This document shows positions 36,754 through 48,065 of a stretch of 64,000 nt of DNA, in pieces. Position numbers and translations under genes: made by a program. The notes beneath the pieces are model-generated. The model made no database searches, was not told where the DNA came from, and was given only the letters and a program-made list of their open reading frames with translations. This DNA is from Spirulina sp. (lineage in GTDB: Bacteria > Cyanobacteriota > Cyanobacteriia > Phormidesmidales > Phormidesmidaceae). Position 1 is the stretch's first letter; every line of letters starts with the position of its first letter. The stretch spans positions 22,949-86,948 of the forward strand of contig JBIPSI010000022.1 in NCBI GenBank assembly GCA_044070495.1, given 5' to 3'.

Positions 36754-38457
36754 CTAGACTCGTGCTTCGGAGTGGAGGGTGTGGAGGGCGGATTGCAACG
36801 CCTGCATCCGGTTGTCTACCTGGTAGATGGCAGCGGCAGGAGGATGTTCAGAGGTCTTGTGGGCGGGTAGGAACCGATGCAGATCTAGGGTATCGATGCG
36901 ATCTTTTACCTGACCCGGTTTGACCACAATCCACACCTGGCGATCCCGTTTGATCGAGTCCTGCACAATGGATTCAATCGCCAGGGCAGCGGTGACGCCG
37001 ATGGTGGGCACGTCGCTGAGGTCTAGCACCAGGGCTTGGTAGTTTTTCACGAAGGAGAGGCGGCGGGAAATGCTTTTGGCGGCTCCAAAGCTCATCGGCC
37101 CACCTAATTGAAACAGCAAAATATCGCCCTTGGCCTTGGCCAAAATTGCCTTTTCTTCGGGGGATAGGTTGCTGTCTGCGGTGTCGTCGGTGATGGTCTT
37201 GATGCGGCTGCTTTGCACATCGGTGAGGCGCTTGATGGTGAGCACATTGGCCACGAAGGCCCCCACCAGCACCGCCGTAATCAGGTCAATAAACACCGTC
37301 AGAAACAGCACCAGGTACATAATTCCGGTGCCCTTGAGGGAGATGCGGGGCGCTCGTTTAATGAAGCCCCAGTCCAAAATATCAATACCCACCTTCAGCA
37401 GCAGCCCCGCCAACACGGCGTTGGGAATTTGGGCCGTCAGTGGCCCAGCCCAAAACAGCACTAGCAGCAGCACCAGGGCATGGATTATCCCAGAGAGCGG
37501 CGTTTTGCCTCCCGCCTGCACATTCACCACGGTACGCATGGTAGCCCCGGCACCGGGCAACCCACCAAACAGGCCCGATATTAAATTGCCAATCCCCTGG
37601 CCGATCAGTTCCTTATCAGAATCGTGCTGGGTGCGGGAAATGCTGTCCGCCACCAGGGAGGTGAGCAGGGAATCAATCGCCCCCAAAACCCCCAGCATCA
37701 GCCCGTAGCGCAGCATGTCATCCAGTTCACGCAGGGTAAAGGTCGGGAACTGGAGGCGAGGGAATCCACTCGGAATCTCGCCAATGCGGGGGAGTGACCC
37801 CTGCCCAAAAAACACCACCGACAGCAGCGTGACCACCACCAAGGCCACCAGCGGCGCGGGTAGGACTCGGTTTAGCCGAGGTGGAATGGCAAACACAATG
37901 GCCAGGGTGAGCAGGCCCAACCCCAGGGCTACTCCGTTGGGATCGCTGAGAAACTGGGGTAATTCCTGGAGAGTGCCAATTACGCCCCCGGTGGCGGCGT
38001 GGCCCAGCAGCGGCGGCAGTTGCAGCAGAATGATGATCACCCCAATGCCGGACATAAAGCCGGAAATCACCGTGTAGGGCAGCAGGGTGATGTACTGGCC
38101 GAGGCGCATGAGGCCAAAGAGAATTTGCAGCACGCCGCCGATCATCACCACCGTGAAGGCCATGGCCAGCCCCGTATCGGGGTAGCGGGCCACCAGGCTG
38201 GTGATGACGGTGGTGATCACCACCGTCATGGGGCCAGTGGGGCCAGAAATTTGGGTGGGGGTGCCCCCAAACAGGGCGGCAAAACATCCGGTAAACATGG
38301 CTCCGTAGAGTCCGGCGGTGGCCCCCGCCCCCGAAGACACCCCAAAGGCCAGCGCTAGGGGCAGGGCAACGATGGCCGCCGTAACACCGCCAAACAGATC
38401 CCCCCGCCAGTGACGCAGGCTGATGGGATTGACCAAGGAAAATGGGAGAGCCACCAT
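36754..38457 (-). CDS. SulP family anion transporter, BicA-like, with STAS domain
   Basis: GDLFGGVTAAIVALPLALAFG, GPTGPMTV, IDSLLTS, GAGATMRT, GPMSFG. Confidence 0.88.
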   Translation of the reverse strand: MVALPFSLVNPISLRHWRGDLFGGVTAAIVALPLALAFGVSSGAGATAGLYGAMFTGCFAALFGGTPTQISGPTGPMTVVITTVITSLVARYPDTGLAMAFTVVMIGGVLQILFGLMRLGQYITLLPYTVISGFMSGIGVIIILLQLPPLLGHAATGGVIGTLQELPQFLSDPNGVALGLGLLTLAIVFAIPPRLNRVLPAPLVALVVVTLLSVVFFGQGSLPRIGEIPSGFPRLQFPTFTLRELDDMLRYGLMLGVLGAIDSLLTSLVADSISRTQHDSDKELIGQGIGNLISGLFGGLPGAGATMRTVVNVQAGGKTPLSGIIHALVLLLVLFWAGPLTAQIPNAVLAGLLLKVGIDILDWGFIKRAPRISLKGTGIMYLVLFLTVFIDLITAVLVGAFVANVLTIKRLTDVQSSRIKTITDDTADSNLSPEEKAILAKAKGDILLFQLGGPMSFGAAKSISRRLSFVKNYQALVLDLSDVPTIGVTAALAIESIVQDSIKRDRQVWIVVKPGQVKDRIDTLDLHRFLPAHKTSEHPPAAAIYQVDNRMQALQSALHTLHSEARV

Positions 38458-38704
38458 AGGACATGACCGAAGGGCAACGGATCCCACCCTACGCCATGAC
38501 CTTGGTGGGACGAATTTTGCCGCTAGAAAATTAAGGATTGGAGTGCGTACGGTTCCTGGCGGAGGACGGCACACCCTGCCCAGGTTTCAGATCCCCCTAG
38601 GTTTTGCACCGCTCCCAGGGTTCTGCCCCGGCATTACGCCAAAAGCTGGGATCGTGACCCAAAGAACCCTGGGATCCTTCCTGATTGCCTGACACCTCTC
38701 CAAT

Positions 38705-38802
38705 GTAGGTTGGGTGCAGCGAAGCATCCCCAGCGGAGAAAACCCAACGCTCGCCAGGAATTTGGGGCTTGTTGGGTTCTGCTATCGCGCCACCCAACCT
38801 AC
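38705..38802. repeat. REPIN-like inverted doublet
   Basis: Same family as 33626-33710, with a short insertion in the left arm. Confidence 0.85.
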
Positions 38803-38813
38803 TAGCTAACCGT

Positions 38814-39689
38814 CTAGCGGTACAACAGCACGGGAATTTGGCTGCTCCTCAGCAGTTGTAGGGCCGTGCTGCCGATTACCAAGTGGCGAATGCGGCGATG
38901 GCCGTAGGCTCCCAGCATCAGCAGGTGAATGGCCTCTTGCTCGACATATTGGGCAATGGCTTTTTCCGGCTCTCCTATCAACAGCGTAGCCTTAGGATTC
39001 AGGCCCGCCTCCTGCAACGTAGCCACCGCCGTAGTCAGGCACCGTTTTTTCTCCCCTTCCGAGTCTGGGGTGGTCACCGTTAGCAGGTGAAGGTCTAGGT
39101 CGCGCAGGCTGGGGGTGTTCACCAACGTAGTGACCAAAAAGGAGAGCAGCTTTTGTCCGGTGGGGCTGCCATCGTAGGCCAATAACAGACGCTCAATGGG
39201 CACAAACTCGCGGGGGGTCACCAAGCAGGGCTTGGGGCTGCTGCGAAGAATGCGATCCACATTGGCCCCCAGATGCCCGGTGGCAAAGTCTGCCGCTTCC
39301 CCCCGCTTGCCCAGCACCATCAGGTCGGCATCGGCGGCGAGGCTGTCGATGCAATCTACCAGAAACCCGGTTTTGTGGATGAGTTTAACCGTGGTGGCTC
39401 CCTGATGGGTAAGCGCCTGTTCGGCTTCCTGCAAAATCAGCTTGGCCCTTTCGTGGTTGAGTTTGGCCCGCTCGTGTTCTACCTCCACGAGTTTTTTGAG
39501 GAGGCTTTCTGCGGCCCCTAGGCCAATGCTGCCACTGAGGTTGCTGGCTTCGGCGGTGGCTTGCCCCCTGGCATCGGTGACGTAGAGAACGTCCACGCTG
39601 GCCCCTAGCCCCTGGGCCAACCAGGCCGCATAGGAATAGCTGGTGCGGGCAAAGGCCGAGCCATCGGTACAGAGTAAAATTCGTTGCAT
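38814..39689 (-). CDS. Universal stress protein (tandem USP domains)
   Basis: ILLCTDGS, DLMVLGKRG, LLAYDGS, LGAYGH...IGST. Confidence 0.92.
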   Translation of the reverse strand: MQRILLCTDGSAFARTSYSYAAWLAQGLGASVDVLYVTDARGQATAEASNLSGSIGLGAAESLLKKLVEVEHERAKLNHERAKLILQEAEQALTHQGATTVKLIHKTGFLVDCIDSLAADADLMVLGKRGEAADFATGHLGANVDRILRSSPKPCLVTPREFVPIERLLLAYDGSPTGQKLLSFLVTTLVNTPSLRDLDLHLLTVTTPDSEGEKKRCLTTAVATLQEAGLNPKATLLIGEPEKAIAQYVEQEAIHLLMLGAYGHRRIRHLVIGSTALQLLRSSQIPVLLYR

Positions 39690-39697
39690 GGGTTTTC

Positions 39698-41224
39698 CTA
39701 CCGGACTTCGGTTTCAAGGGCGGGCGAATCCACAGGCTGATCCCCAGGTTCCGCCGATTGACTATGGACGGCCAGCTTTTCCACCAGGGTCGCGCTGGCG
39801 GCATTGAGGCCCACCACCTCCACCTCGGCCCCGGCCCGCCGGAATTTGTTGACCACCTTATCCAGGGCGGCTACGGCCCCTTGATCCCACAGGTGGGCAT
39901 GGGTGAGGTCAATGGTGACCCGGTCGATAAATTCGCTGAAGTCAAAGGCTTCTAGAAATTCATCCCTGGACACAAAGAAAATCTGGCCCGACACACTGTA
40001 GACCCGATGGCCCTCGTCCCGCATCACCTTGTCTACAAACACCAACTGGGCAATTTTGCGGGAGAAAAACACCGTACTCATCACAATCCCCGTGGCCACC
40101 CCCAGGGCAAAGTTGCGGGTGAAGATGGTCACCAGCATGGTGGTTAGCATCACCGCCGTTTCGCTGCGGGGAATTTTGGCCATATCCCGAAACGACGCCC
40201 AGCGAAAGGTGCCGATGGAGACCATGATCATCACCGCCACCAGGGTGGCCATGGGCATTTGCTGCACCCAGGGGCTAAACACCAGCATGGCAATCAGCAA
40301 AAACACCCCCGCCGCCAGGGTAGACAGTCGCCCCCGTCCCCCCGACTGCACGTTAATTACCGACTGGCCAATCATGCCGCAGCCCGCCATGCCGCCAAAG
40401 AAACTGGTGATGATATTGGCGATGCCCTGGCCCTTGGCTTCGCGGTTTTTATCGCTGGGGGTATCGGTCAACTCGTCCACTAGGGAGGCGGTGAGGAATG
40501 AGGCCAGCAGTCCCACAATGGCCATGGTCAGCGAGGTGGGCAGCACAATCCGCAGGGTTTCCAAATTTAGGGGCACCTGGGGCAGGGCAAAGAGGGGCAG
40601 GGCGGTGGGCAGTTCTCCCATATCCCCCACGGTGGGTACATCAATATTGAGGGTAATTTTGGCGATGGTCATCACCACCAGGGCCACCAGGGGCGAGGGC
40701 ACCGCCTTAGTAAAGCGGGGCAGGATGTAGATAATGCCCAAGGACAACGCTGCCAGCACGTATACCATGGGCGACACGTTGGTCAACTGCGGCAACTGGG
40801 CCAAGAAAATCAGCACCGCCAGGGCATTGATATAGCCCACCATCACCGCCCTGGGCACGTAGCGCATTTGCCGCCCCAATTTAAGGACGCCGAAGACGAC
40901 CTGAATCACCCCGGTTAAAAACGTGGCTACCAGCAGGTATTGCAGCCCGTGGTCGCGTACCAGGTCAATCATCAACAGCGCCATGGCCCCGGTGGCGGCG
41001 GAAATAGACCCCGGCCTGCCCCCCAAAAAGGCGGTGACAATGGCAATGATGAAGGACGCATACAGCCCCACCTTGGGGTCTACTCCGGCGATGATGGAGA
41101 AGGCAATGGCCTCTGGAATCAGTGCCAGACCGACCACGGCCCCCGCCAAAATATCGGCCCGCGTATTAAAGAACCATTCCCGTTTCAGCGGACGTAGCCG
41201 CCTTCGTATGGCTTGGGTATTCAA
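39698..41224 (-). CDS. SulP family anion transporter (YbaR-like)
   Basis: [39 protein letters not shown]-terminal STAS. Confidence 0.92.
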   Translation of the reverse strand: MNTQAIRRRLRPLKREWFFNTRADILAGAVVGLALIPEAIAFSIIAGVDPKVGLYASFIIAIVTAFLGGRPGSISAATGAMALLMIDLVRDHGLQYLLVATFLTGVIQVVFGVLKLGRQMRYVPRAVMVGYINALAVLIFLAQLPQLTNVSPMVYVLAALSLGIIYILPRFTKAVPSPLVALVVMTIAKITLNIDVPTVGDMGELPTALPLFALPQVPLNLETLRIVLPTSLTMAIVGLLASFLTASLVDELTDTPSDKNREAKGQGIANIITSFFGGMAGCGMIGQSVINVQSGGRGRLSTLAAGVFLLIAMLVFSPWVQQMPMATLVAVMIMVSIGTFRWASFRDMAKIPRSETAVMLTTMLVTIFTRNFALGVATGIVMSTVFFSRKIAQLVFVDKVMRDEGHRVYSVSGQIFFVSRDEFLEAFDFSEFIDRVTIDLTHAHLWDQGAVAALDKVVNKFRRAGAEVEVVGLNAASATLVEKLAVHSQSAEPGDQPVDSPALETEVR

Positions 41225-41786
41225 GGTGTCTCCTTAAATGCTTTCTAGAGGAAATCTTTTAGAGAACGGTCTTTTTTAGAGAACGGCCTGTTCTAGCCAG
41301 CGGTCTTCTCTGGTGGACAAGCTAGGGACAGGAATTGAAAACGGCTTTACAGCAACCCAGAAACTCGTTCAAGGGTTCGTCTACCTAACACGGGTTACTC
41401 AATGCAATGGCGGCCATGGTGTGATTCGGTAAACCGCCCAAAGCAGCGGTATTCCTAGACCAAACAAGCCAAGGGCATCGCGATTAAGATAAAAACAGTT
41501 CGCCCCAATGCCTACCGTCCATTGCCCAAATACGCCAGCCCCATGACCCCGTATTCAGGGCCATTGCCAACTTGGCTGCCCAACCTCCGCCCATCGCTCA
41601 CGGGCCAAGGTAACGATCAGCGCCCTAGGGTGGACTGACCCAAGCTAGGAAATAGGTAAGACAAAACAACAGCATGACCGCAGCAGGGTTTCTTTACAAA
41701 ACTTTGGTTACAGGTATTAAACGGGAGATCGAGCCCTCTGTCTAGGATCGGCATTGAACTTCATCAATCCCTCAAGGAGCAACCCC

Positions 41787-42107
41787 ATGACCACAAAGCA
41801 GCGATTTCGCAACCTCGAAGAAGTCATCACCGGGGCTGACCTACCCGTGCTGGTGGATTTCTACGCCACCTGGTGCGGCCCCTGCCAGATGATGGCCACG
41901 ATCCTCACTCAGGTGAACGATCAGATGAAGGGCCAGATCAAAATCGTCAAAATCGACAGCGACAAGTACCCCCAACTGGCCTCTAAGTACCACATCGCCG
42001 CCCTGCCAACGTTGATTCTATTCAAAGGGGGCCAACCCGTAGATCGCATTGAGGGCGTGTTGCCTACGGATCAACTGGTGACCCGTCTGCGCCCCCACCT
42101 CGCCTAG
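41787..42107 (+). CDS. Thioredoxin (y-type-like)
   Basis: VLVDFYATWCGPC. RBS AGGAG upstream. Confidence 0.93.
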   Translation: MTTKQRFRNLEEVITGADLPVLVDFYATWCGPCQMMATILTQVNDQMKGQIKIVKIDSDKYPQLASKYHIAALPTLILFKGGQPVDRIEGVLPTDQLVTRLRPHLA

Positions 42108-42897
42108 GCCGATGCCGCAGCAGTTGGAGGCCAAACAGCAGCACAAATAGGGGATTGTTCACCAGGTATCGTCGCCATAGCCGCCGGGGTTCTTGGCTGA
42201 AGCGGTAGAGCCACTCTAGGCCCAGTTTCATTATCCAGCGAGGGGCCTGGGAAACCTCACCGCTAAAGAACGCGAAGGCCGCTCCCACCCCGATCATCAC
42301 CGCCTGGAGGTGGCCCTGCTGGCGGTGCATCCATTGCTCTTGCTTGGGGCAACCCAACCCCACAAACACCACCCTGGCCCCAGAGTCGTGAATGCGGGCG
42401 ATATCGGCGGCTTCCTCCTGGGGTGAGAGGAGCCGAAAAGGAGGCGCGTAGGCCCCGGCAATAACCAGACCAGGGAATTGGTGTTGCAAGCTTTCCGTGA
42501 GCTTGAGCAGTGTGGCCTCGGTGCCGCCATAGAGGTAGATTGGCAGGCCCGTTTGCGCCGCCCGTTCACACCAAGCCAGCATCAGATCCGGCCCGTAGAC
42601 CCTCGGTTGCCCCGCCATGCCCAGTTGCCGCAACCCCCACACCAGGGGCATGCCATCGGGGGTGACGAGGGCCGCTTGGTTCACCACCTGTTGATAGGCG
42701 GGGTCAAAGTAGGCGGTCATCACCACATGGACATTAGCCGCCACCACATAGCCAGATCGCTGGGCCTCGGCCCATGCCTGAATCCGATCACAGGCATCCC
42801 CATAGCTGGTGGCATCGATCCGCGTGTTGAGGATCGGTCGGGACGGGAGCGGCCCTAGGCTTTGAACGTTGTTTCCTGACCCCGCTGTCATCCCCAC
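42064..42897 (-). CDS. WecB/TagA/CpsF glycosyltransferase
   Basis: PDGMPLVW, RVYGPDLM, VGLGCPKQE, GVGAAF, LEWLYR..QEPRRLWRRY. Confidence 0.92.
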   Translation of the reverse strand: MGMTAGSGNNVQSLGPLPSRPILNTRIDATSYGDACDRIQAWAEAQRSGYVVAANVHVVMTAYFDPAYQQVVNQAALVTPDGMPLVWGLRQLGMAGQPRVYGPDLMLAWCERAAQTGLPIYLYGGTEATLLKLTESLQHQFPGLVIAGAYAPPFRLLSPQEEAADIARIHDSGARVVFVGLGCPKQEQWMHRQQGHLQAVMIGVGAAFAFFSGEVSQAPRWIMKLGLEWLYRFSQEPRRLWRRYLVNNPLFVLLFGLQLLRHRPRRGGGADGSPVDP

Positions 42898-42921
42898 TGT
42901 CTCCTTGGCCGTACCATAGTC

Positions 42922-43200
42922 TTAATCTAGGTTGGATAGTTCCGAGTCCTCGCCCCCATTGCGGTCATAGGGGGAGGGCGGACGGTCGCTACTCCAGGCC
43001 CACCAGGCCGTTTCGCACTCGCCGCAGTGGTAAAACTCCTGCCATTTGCGCCGATGATCTTCCCCATAAACGGGGGAGCGACGGTTGATCCACACTGCCT
43101 TGGCCTGTTGGCTGCTGGCTCCACAGCGGGGGCAACAAAACGCGGTGGCATGGCTGGCCGAGGCCGTCCAATCGGGCGGGAGGGGGGAAAAGGCATCCAT
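42922..43200 (-). CDS. Conserved hypothetical zinc-ribbon-like protein
   Basis: CPRC...WINRRSPV...RKWQEFYHCGEC..WWAWSSDRPP. Confidence 0.75.
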   Translation of the reverse strand: MDAFSPLPPDWTASASHATAFCCPRCGASSQQAKAVWINRRSPVYGEDHRRKWQEFYHCGECETAWWAWSSDRPPSPYDRNGGEDSELSNLD

Positions 43201-43356
43201 GACAGGGGGAGCACGACACAGCGTCGCACGATAGAACGTACCTCCCCTATTATGGGCCGTGGGTGAATTATGGGCTCACGTTAAGCTCCGTCGTGATTTT
43301 GTTGCGCTGGGGGCGATCTTCGGCATAATCGGGGTCAGGTTTGCAAAGGTTGCACC

Positions 43357-44769
43357 ATGGCTCTGCGCTTAATTTCGCTACTGGGACTGGCTGGACTGTG
43401 CTTTGTTGCTTGGCTAGGGTCGGAGGATCGGCGGCGGGTACCGTGGAAGTTAATCCAATGGGGGATCGGCCTGCAATTGGTGGTAGGGCTGCTGATTTTT
43501 TTGCTGCCCATTAGTCGTGATGCGGTGGTTTGGCTGAGTGGATTGTTGAACGGTCTGATTGATGCCTCCGATGCCGGGGCACGTTTTCTGTTTGGCCCCA
43601 TTTTGGTACCCAATGCCGCCCCCGCTGGGCCAGCCGGGGCCGGACGTTGGATTGCCCGTGCCCTGACCGATCCCTTTGTGCCGGTGCCGGGGGATCGGCT
43701 GGGGGCGGCGAATTTGGATTTGGGCTATATTTTTGCCTTTCGGTCGCTGCCGCAGGTCGTGTTCTTCTCGGCCATCTTTGCCCTGCTGTATAACCTGGGG
43801 GCAATTCAGCCCGTGGTGCGGGTGTTTGCCCGGTTCTTTCGCTGGGCGATGGGCATCAGCGGGGCCGAGGCCCTAGCTGGGGCGGCGAACATTTTCGTGG
43901 GCATCGAGTCGGCCATTGCCATCAAGCCCTTTTTAGAACGCATGACCCGCAGCGAACTCTGCGCCATTTTGGCCTCCATGTTTGGATCGATTGCCTCCAC
44001 GGTGTTGGGGCTGTATGCGGGCTTTTTGCGGGGCACGTTTCCCTCCATTTCGGGCCACCTGATGGCGGCTTCGGTGCTGACCATTCCCGCCGCCTTTGTA
44101 ATGGCGAAAATTCTAGTGCCCGAAACCGAGGAACCAGAAACCCTGGGCCATGTACCCGCTGTGGAGATGGCCGAAGAAGAACGCCAAAGCCCCATGGATA
44201 GCCTGATTTTGGGAGCGCTGGACGGGGTCAAAATGGCTACGGGCATCGCCGCCGCCCTAATTGCGATTTTGGGGTTAATCGCCCTGCTCAACATTGTGTT
44301 TGGTCAGTTGGCCCAGTTGTCCACCAGTTCCTTTTTCCTGTGGCGCATCATTGGCCAGGTCTTTCAGGTGGTTACCCTTCAGAACATCATGGGGGCGATT
44401 TTTCTGCCGCTCACCTTTTTAACGGGCGTTTCCCTCGATTGGCAAGAGCTGTGGATCTCCTCTCAACTGATTGGCCGTCGCTTTTTAGAAACCGCCATTC
44501 CCCCCTACATTGCCCTGGGCCAATTCTCCGCCGATGGCACCCTCAGCGACCGCGCTCTGGTCATTGTCAGCTATGTGCTCTGCGGCTTTGCCCACCTGCC
44601 CTCGGTGGGCATCTTCGTGGGCGGGCTTTCGGGGATTGTGCCCTCCCGCCGCAAGGACATCAGCGAACTCGCCTGGAAAGCCCTCTGGGCCGGAACCTTG
44701 GCCACCCTGATGACGGGCTGCATCGCCGGAATCTATTTCTATGAGGGGGCGGCGGTGCTGGGCCGCTAG
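43357..44769 (+). CDS. Concentrative nucleoside transporter (NupC/CNT family)
   Basis: FAFRSLP, AANIFVG, MTRSEL, YVLCGFAH motifs. Many TM helices. Confidence 0.9.
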   Translation: MALRLISLLGLAGLCFVAWLGSEDRRRVPWKLIQWGIGLQLVVGLLIFLLPISRDAVVWLSGLLNGLIDASDAGARFLFGPILVPNAAPAGPAGAGRWIARALTDPFVPVPGDRLGAANLDLGYIFAFRSLPQVVFFSAIFALLYNLGAIQPVVRVFARFFRWAMGISGAEALAGAANIFVGIESAIAIKPFLERMTRSELCAILASMFGSIASTVLGLYAGFLRGTFPSISGHLMAASVLTIPAAFVMAKILVPETEEPETLGHVPAVEMAEEERQSPMDSLILGALDGVKMATGIAAALIAILGLIALLNIVFGQLAQLSTSSFFLWRIIGQVFQVVTLQNIMGAIFLPLTFLTGVSLDWQELWISSQLIGRRFLETAIPPYIALGQFSADGTLSDRALVIVSYVLCGFAHLPSVGIFVGGLSGIVPSRRKDISELAWKALWAGTLATLMTGCIAGIYFYEGAAVLGR

Positions 44770-44962
44770 GGGAAGATCGGTGCGGGGAAAACGGCAGTGA
44801 CGACCGTCGCTAAGTAAAATTTAGTGTTGACGGAAATCACAGACCAGAACCGCGAAACTTCATTACTATAAAAAGAATCCTGATCTCCATCCTGATAACG
44901 TTACCCCAAGGCAGAATTGACTGGTTATACCTGCCCACGTTCCTTCTGATACCTAAAGATTC

Positions 44963-45844
44963 ATGGCCGAGCTAAACCCGCAATTTCTAGTCAGGTTTTG
45001 GGGCGTTCGGGGCAGTATTGCCTGTCCGGGGGCACCCACCGTTCGCTATGGGGGCAACACCTCCTGCATCGAGATGCTGGTGGGCAGCCATCGCCTCATT
45101 TTCGATGGCGGTACGGGCTTGCGGGAGTTGGGCGTTTCCCTGTTGCGGCATACGCCCCTAGAGGCCAACCTCTTTTTCACCCATTCCCACTGGGATCACA
45201 TCCAGGGCTTTCCCTTTTTTGTTCCGGCCTTCATCAAGGGCAACCGCTTCAATATCTATGGGGCCATCGCCCCCAACGGTTCTACCATCGAGCAGCGCCT
45301 CAACGACCAAATGCTGCACCCCAACTTTCCGGTGCCGCTGCAAATTATGGGGGCCGATCTAAAATTCCACGACATTGAAATTGGCGAAACCGTCAAAATT
45401 GGCGATGTGGTGGTAGAAAACGCCCTGCTGAACCACCCTGGCGAGTCCGTAGGCTATCGGGTCTCCTGCCAGGGCAAAGCCGCCGCTTACATCACCGACA
45501 CCGAGCATTTCCCAGATCGCCTCGACGAAAACGTGCTGTCCCTTGCCCGCGACGCCGATGTGATGATCTACGACGCCACCTACACCGACGCCGAGTATAG
45601 CGATCCCAAATCTAGCAAGGTGGGCTGGGGCCACTCCACCTGGCAGGAGGCGGTCAAAGTCGCCCAGGCCGCCAACGTCAAAACCCTGGTGATCTTCCAC
45701 CACGACCCCGCCCACGACGACGACTTTATGGATCAAGTGGCCGCCGATACCAAGTCTGCCTTTCCCCACAGCGTCGTCGCCCGCGAAGGCATGGCCCTCG
45801 ACCTCTATGCCCCCACCCCTGCCACGCTGTTGCCCGTCCGTTAG
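44963..45844 (+). CDS. MBL-fold metallo-hydrolase
   Basis: FWGVRGS, THSHWDHIQG, GWGHST, FHHDP. Confidence 0.92.
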   Translation: MAELNPQFLVRFWGVRGSIACPGAPTVRYGGNTSCIEMLVGSHRLIFDGGTGLRELGVSLLRHTPLEANLFFTHSHWDHIQGFPFFVPAFIKGNRFNIYGAIAPNGSTIEQRLNDQMLHPNFPVPLQIMGADLKFHDIEIGETVKIGDVVVENALLNHPGESVGYRVSCQGKAAAYITDTEHFPDRLDENVLSLARDADVMIYDATYTDAEYSDPKSSKVGWGHSTWQEAVKVAQAANVKTLVIFHHDPAHDDDFMDQVAADTKSAFPHSVVAREGMALDLYAPTPATLLPVR

Positions 45845-45968
45845 CGATTCAGCGTAGCCCCTCACCCCCAGCCCCTCACCCTCCTGGGATCGGGGGAGCC
45901 GAAAACCCTTTAAAGTCCCTTGAAGCGAGAATGTGGTCTGGGGGAGCGGTTGTGTAAAAATGTAAAGC

Positions 45969-47069
45969 GTGTGGATCACCTCTTCCCTAACGACCGCCAT
46001 TACTCCAACGGCCATTGCCCTGGGGAATTTTGACGGTGTCCATTTGGGGCATCAGGCCGTTATCCAGCAGATTTCCTCCCACCGCCTAGGGTTAGATCCC
46101 GCCGACTTGGTCGCCGAAGAATCGGCCCCAGCGTTGCCCCCCTGGTCGGAAGCGCCCCCCCTGCGAGGACTGAGCCATCGCACTGGGCAGGCCGATCCCC
46201 ATATTTCCCTCCCAGACATCACCCAGCGAGAGCGGGATCTGCGAACCACGCCCACCCCCACGGTGATGACCTTTTTCCCGCACCCCCAGGAATTTTTCTC
46301 TGGCAAATCTCGACCCGCCCTCACCCCCATCACCGAGAAGGCGGCGATGATTAGCCAGCTTGGCGTGGGCCAACTGGTGCTGCTGCCCTTCACCCAGGCC
46401 TTGGCGAATCTCACTCCCCAGGAATTTGTCGAAGACCTGCTGATTAAACAACTCAAGGTGCAGCACATCAGCGTCGGCAAAGATTTCTGCTTTGGCAAAA
46501 AGCGCCAGGGCACCGTAGACGACCTGCAAACCCTCACCCGCCCCTACGGTGTGGAGGTTCACATCACGCCCCACACCTGCCTGGGGGGTGAGCGCATCAG
46601 CAGTTCCCGCATTCGCACCGCCCTGTCCCAGGCTGATCTCGCCACCGCCGAAGCCCTGCTGGGCCGTTCCTACAGCCTGTCGGGGCGGGTGGTGAAGGGC
46701 CAACAACTGGGCCGCACCCTGGGCTTTCCCACCGCCAACCTGGCCATCCCCGAAGACAAGTTTCTGCCCCCCCACGGGGTCTATAGCGTGTGGGTGGAGG
46801 GGGCCAGCCCGGTGGCAGGGCAACGCCTACCGGGGGTGATGAACCTGGGCATCCGGCCCACGGTGCAGGGCCTAAGCCTCACGGTGGAAGTCCATCTGCT
46901 GCACTGGTCGGGGGATCTCTACGGCAAATCCCTCCAGGTGTTTTTGAACCACCACCTGCGGCCCGAACAGCGCTTCCCCTCCCTCGATGCCCTCAAGGCC
47001 CAAATTGAGCAAGACTGCCAAACCGCCCTCGCTGCCCTAGCTAAAACTCCGGTGGGCAATTGGGGCTAA
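45969..47069 (+). CDS. ribF: Bifunctional riboflavin kinase/FAD synthetase
   Basis: GNFDGVHLGH, ISSSRIR, LGFPTAN, GIRPT. Confidence 0.95.
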   Translation: MWITSSLTTAITPTAIALGNFDGVHLGHQAVIQQISSHRLGLDPADLVAEESAPALPPWSEAPPLRGLSHRTGQADPHISLPDITQRERDLRTTPTPTVMTFFPHPQEFFSGKSRPALTPITEKAAMISQLGVGQLVLLPFTQALANLTPQEFVEDLLIKQLKVQHISVGKDFCFGKKRQGTVDDLQTLTRPYGVEVHITPHTCLGGERISSSRIRTALSQADLATAEALLGRSYSLSGRVVKGQQLGRTLGFPTANLAIPEDKFLPPHGVYSVWVEGASPVAGQRLPGVMNLGIRPTVQGLSLTVEVHLLHWSGDLYGKSLQVFLNHHLRPEQRFPSLDALKAQIEQDCQTALAALAKTPVGNWG

Positions 47070-47140
47070 TCGGGGTCATGATAAGCCTAGGATAGGGCAC
47101 CAAAACAGTCCCCAGAACTAGAACACGAAAGGCAAGGCTA

Positions 47141-48049
47141 ATGCGAGATCGGATTGAAACGCTGGTTCAAAACCTCAGTAAAGCCATCGTGGGCAAGGAT
47201 GAGGCCATTCGGCTGGTGCTGGTGGCGCTGTTTTCCGATGGCCATGCCCTGCTAGAGGATGTTCCCGGCGTGGGCAAAACCCTGCTAGCCAAGTCCCTAG
47301 CCCGCTGCATCGACGGCAATTTTCAGCGCATTCAATGCACCCCCGACTTGCTGCCCACCGACGTGACCGGAACCAGCATTTGGAACCCCAACAGCGGCGA
47401 ATTTCAGTTTATGCCGGGGCCAGTATTCGCCAACATTCTGCTGGCCGACGAAATTAACCGCGCCACCCCCCGCACCCAATCCGCCCTGCTGGAGGTGATG
47501 GAGGAACACCAAGTGACCACCGACGGCCTATCGCGCCCGGTGCCCGACCCGTTTTTTGTCGTCGCCACCCAAAACCCCGTGGAATACCAGGGCACCTTCC
47601 CCCTGCCCGAAGCCCAGATGGATCGCTTCGCCCTCTCCTTTAGCCTGGGCTACCCCACCGAGGCCGAAGAACTGAGTATGCTGCAACGCCTGGGGGGCGG
47701 AGCCATTAGCCGCGACATCCAGCCCTGCATCACCCTCGAAGAAGTGGTAGCCCTACGCCAACAGTGCGCCCAGGTCACGCTGGAAGCCTCCCTTCAGCAG
47801 TACATCCTCGACCTGGTTCGCGCCACCCGTGCCCACCGGGAAATCACCCTCGGCGTTAGCCCCCGTGGGTCGGTGGCCTTCTATCGCGCCGTGCAAGCCC
47901 TCGCCTACCTCGAAGGCCGAGACTACGCCATCCCCGACGATGTGAAAACCCTCGCCCCCCACGTTTTGGCCCACCGCCTGATTCCTGTGGGCAATGCCCG
48001 ACCCCAGGATCTGATCGCGCAAATTCTGGAAACGACCCCCATTCCCTAA
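47141..48049 (+). CDS. MoxR family AAA+ ATPase
   Basis: EDVPGVGKT, RIQCTPDLLP, DEINRATPRTQSALLE, FPLPEAQMDRF. Confidence 0.95.
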   Translation: MRDRIETLVQNLSKAIVGKDEAIRLVLVALFSDGHALLEDVPGVGKTLLAKSLARCIDGNFQRIQCTPDLLPTDVTGTSIWNPNSGEFQFMPGPVFANILLADEINRATPRTQSALLEVMEEHQVTTDGLSRPVPDPFFVVATQNPVEYQGTFPLPEAQMDRFALSFSLGYPTEAEELSMLQRLGGGAISRDIQPCITLEEVVALRQQCAQVTLEASLQQYILDLVRATRAHREITLGVSPRGSVAFYRAVQALAYLEGRDYAIPDDVKTLAPHVLAHRLIPVGNARPQDLIAQILETTPIP

Positions 48050-48065
48050 GTGAATGGCTTCAGGC

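Noticed and set aside
41225..41750. c-di-AMP, glutamine or guanidine riboswitch upstream of SulP
   Set aside because: I could not match the conserved cores by eye. Kept only as an unspecified leader.
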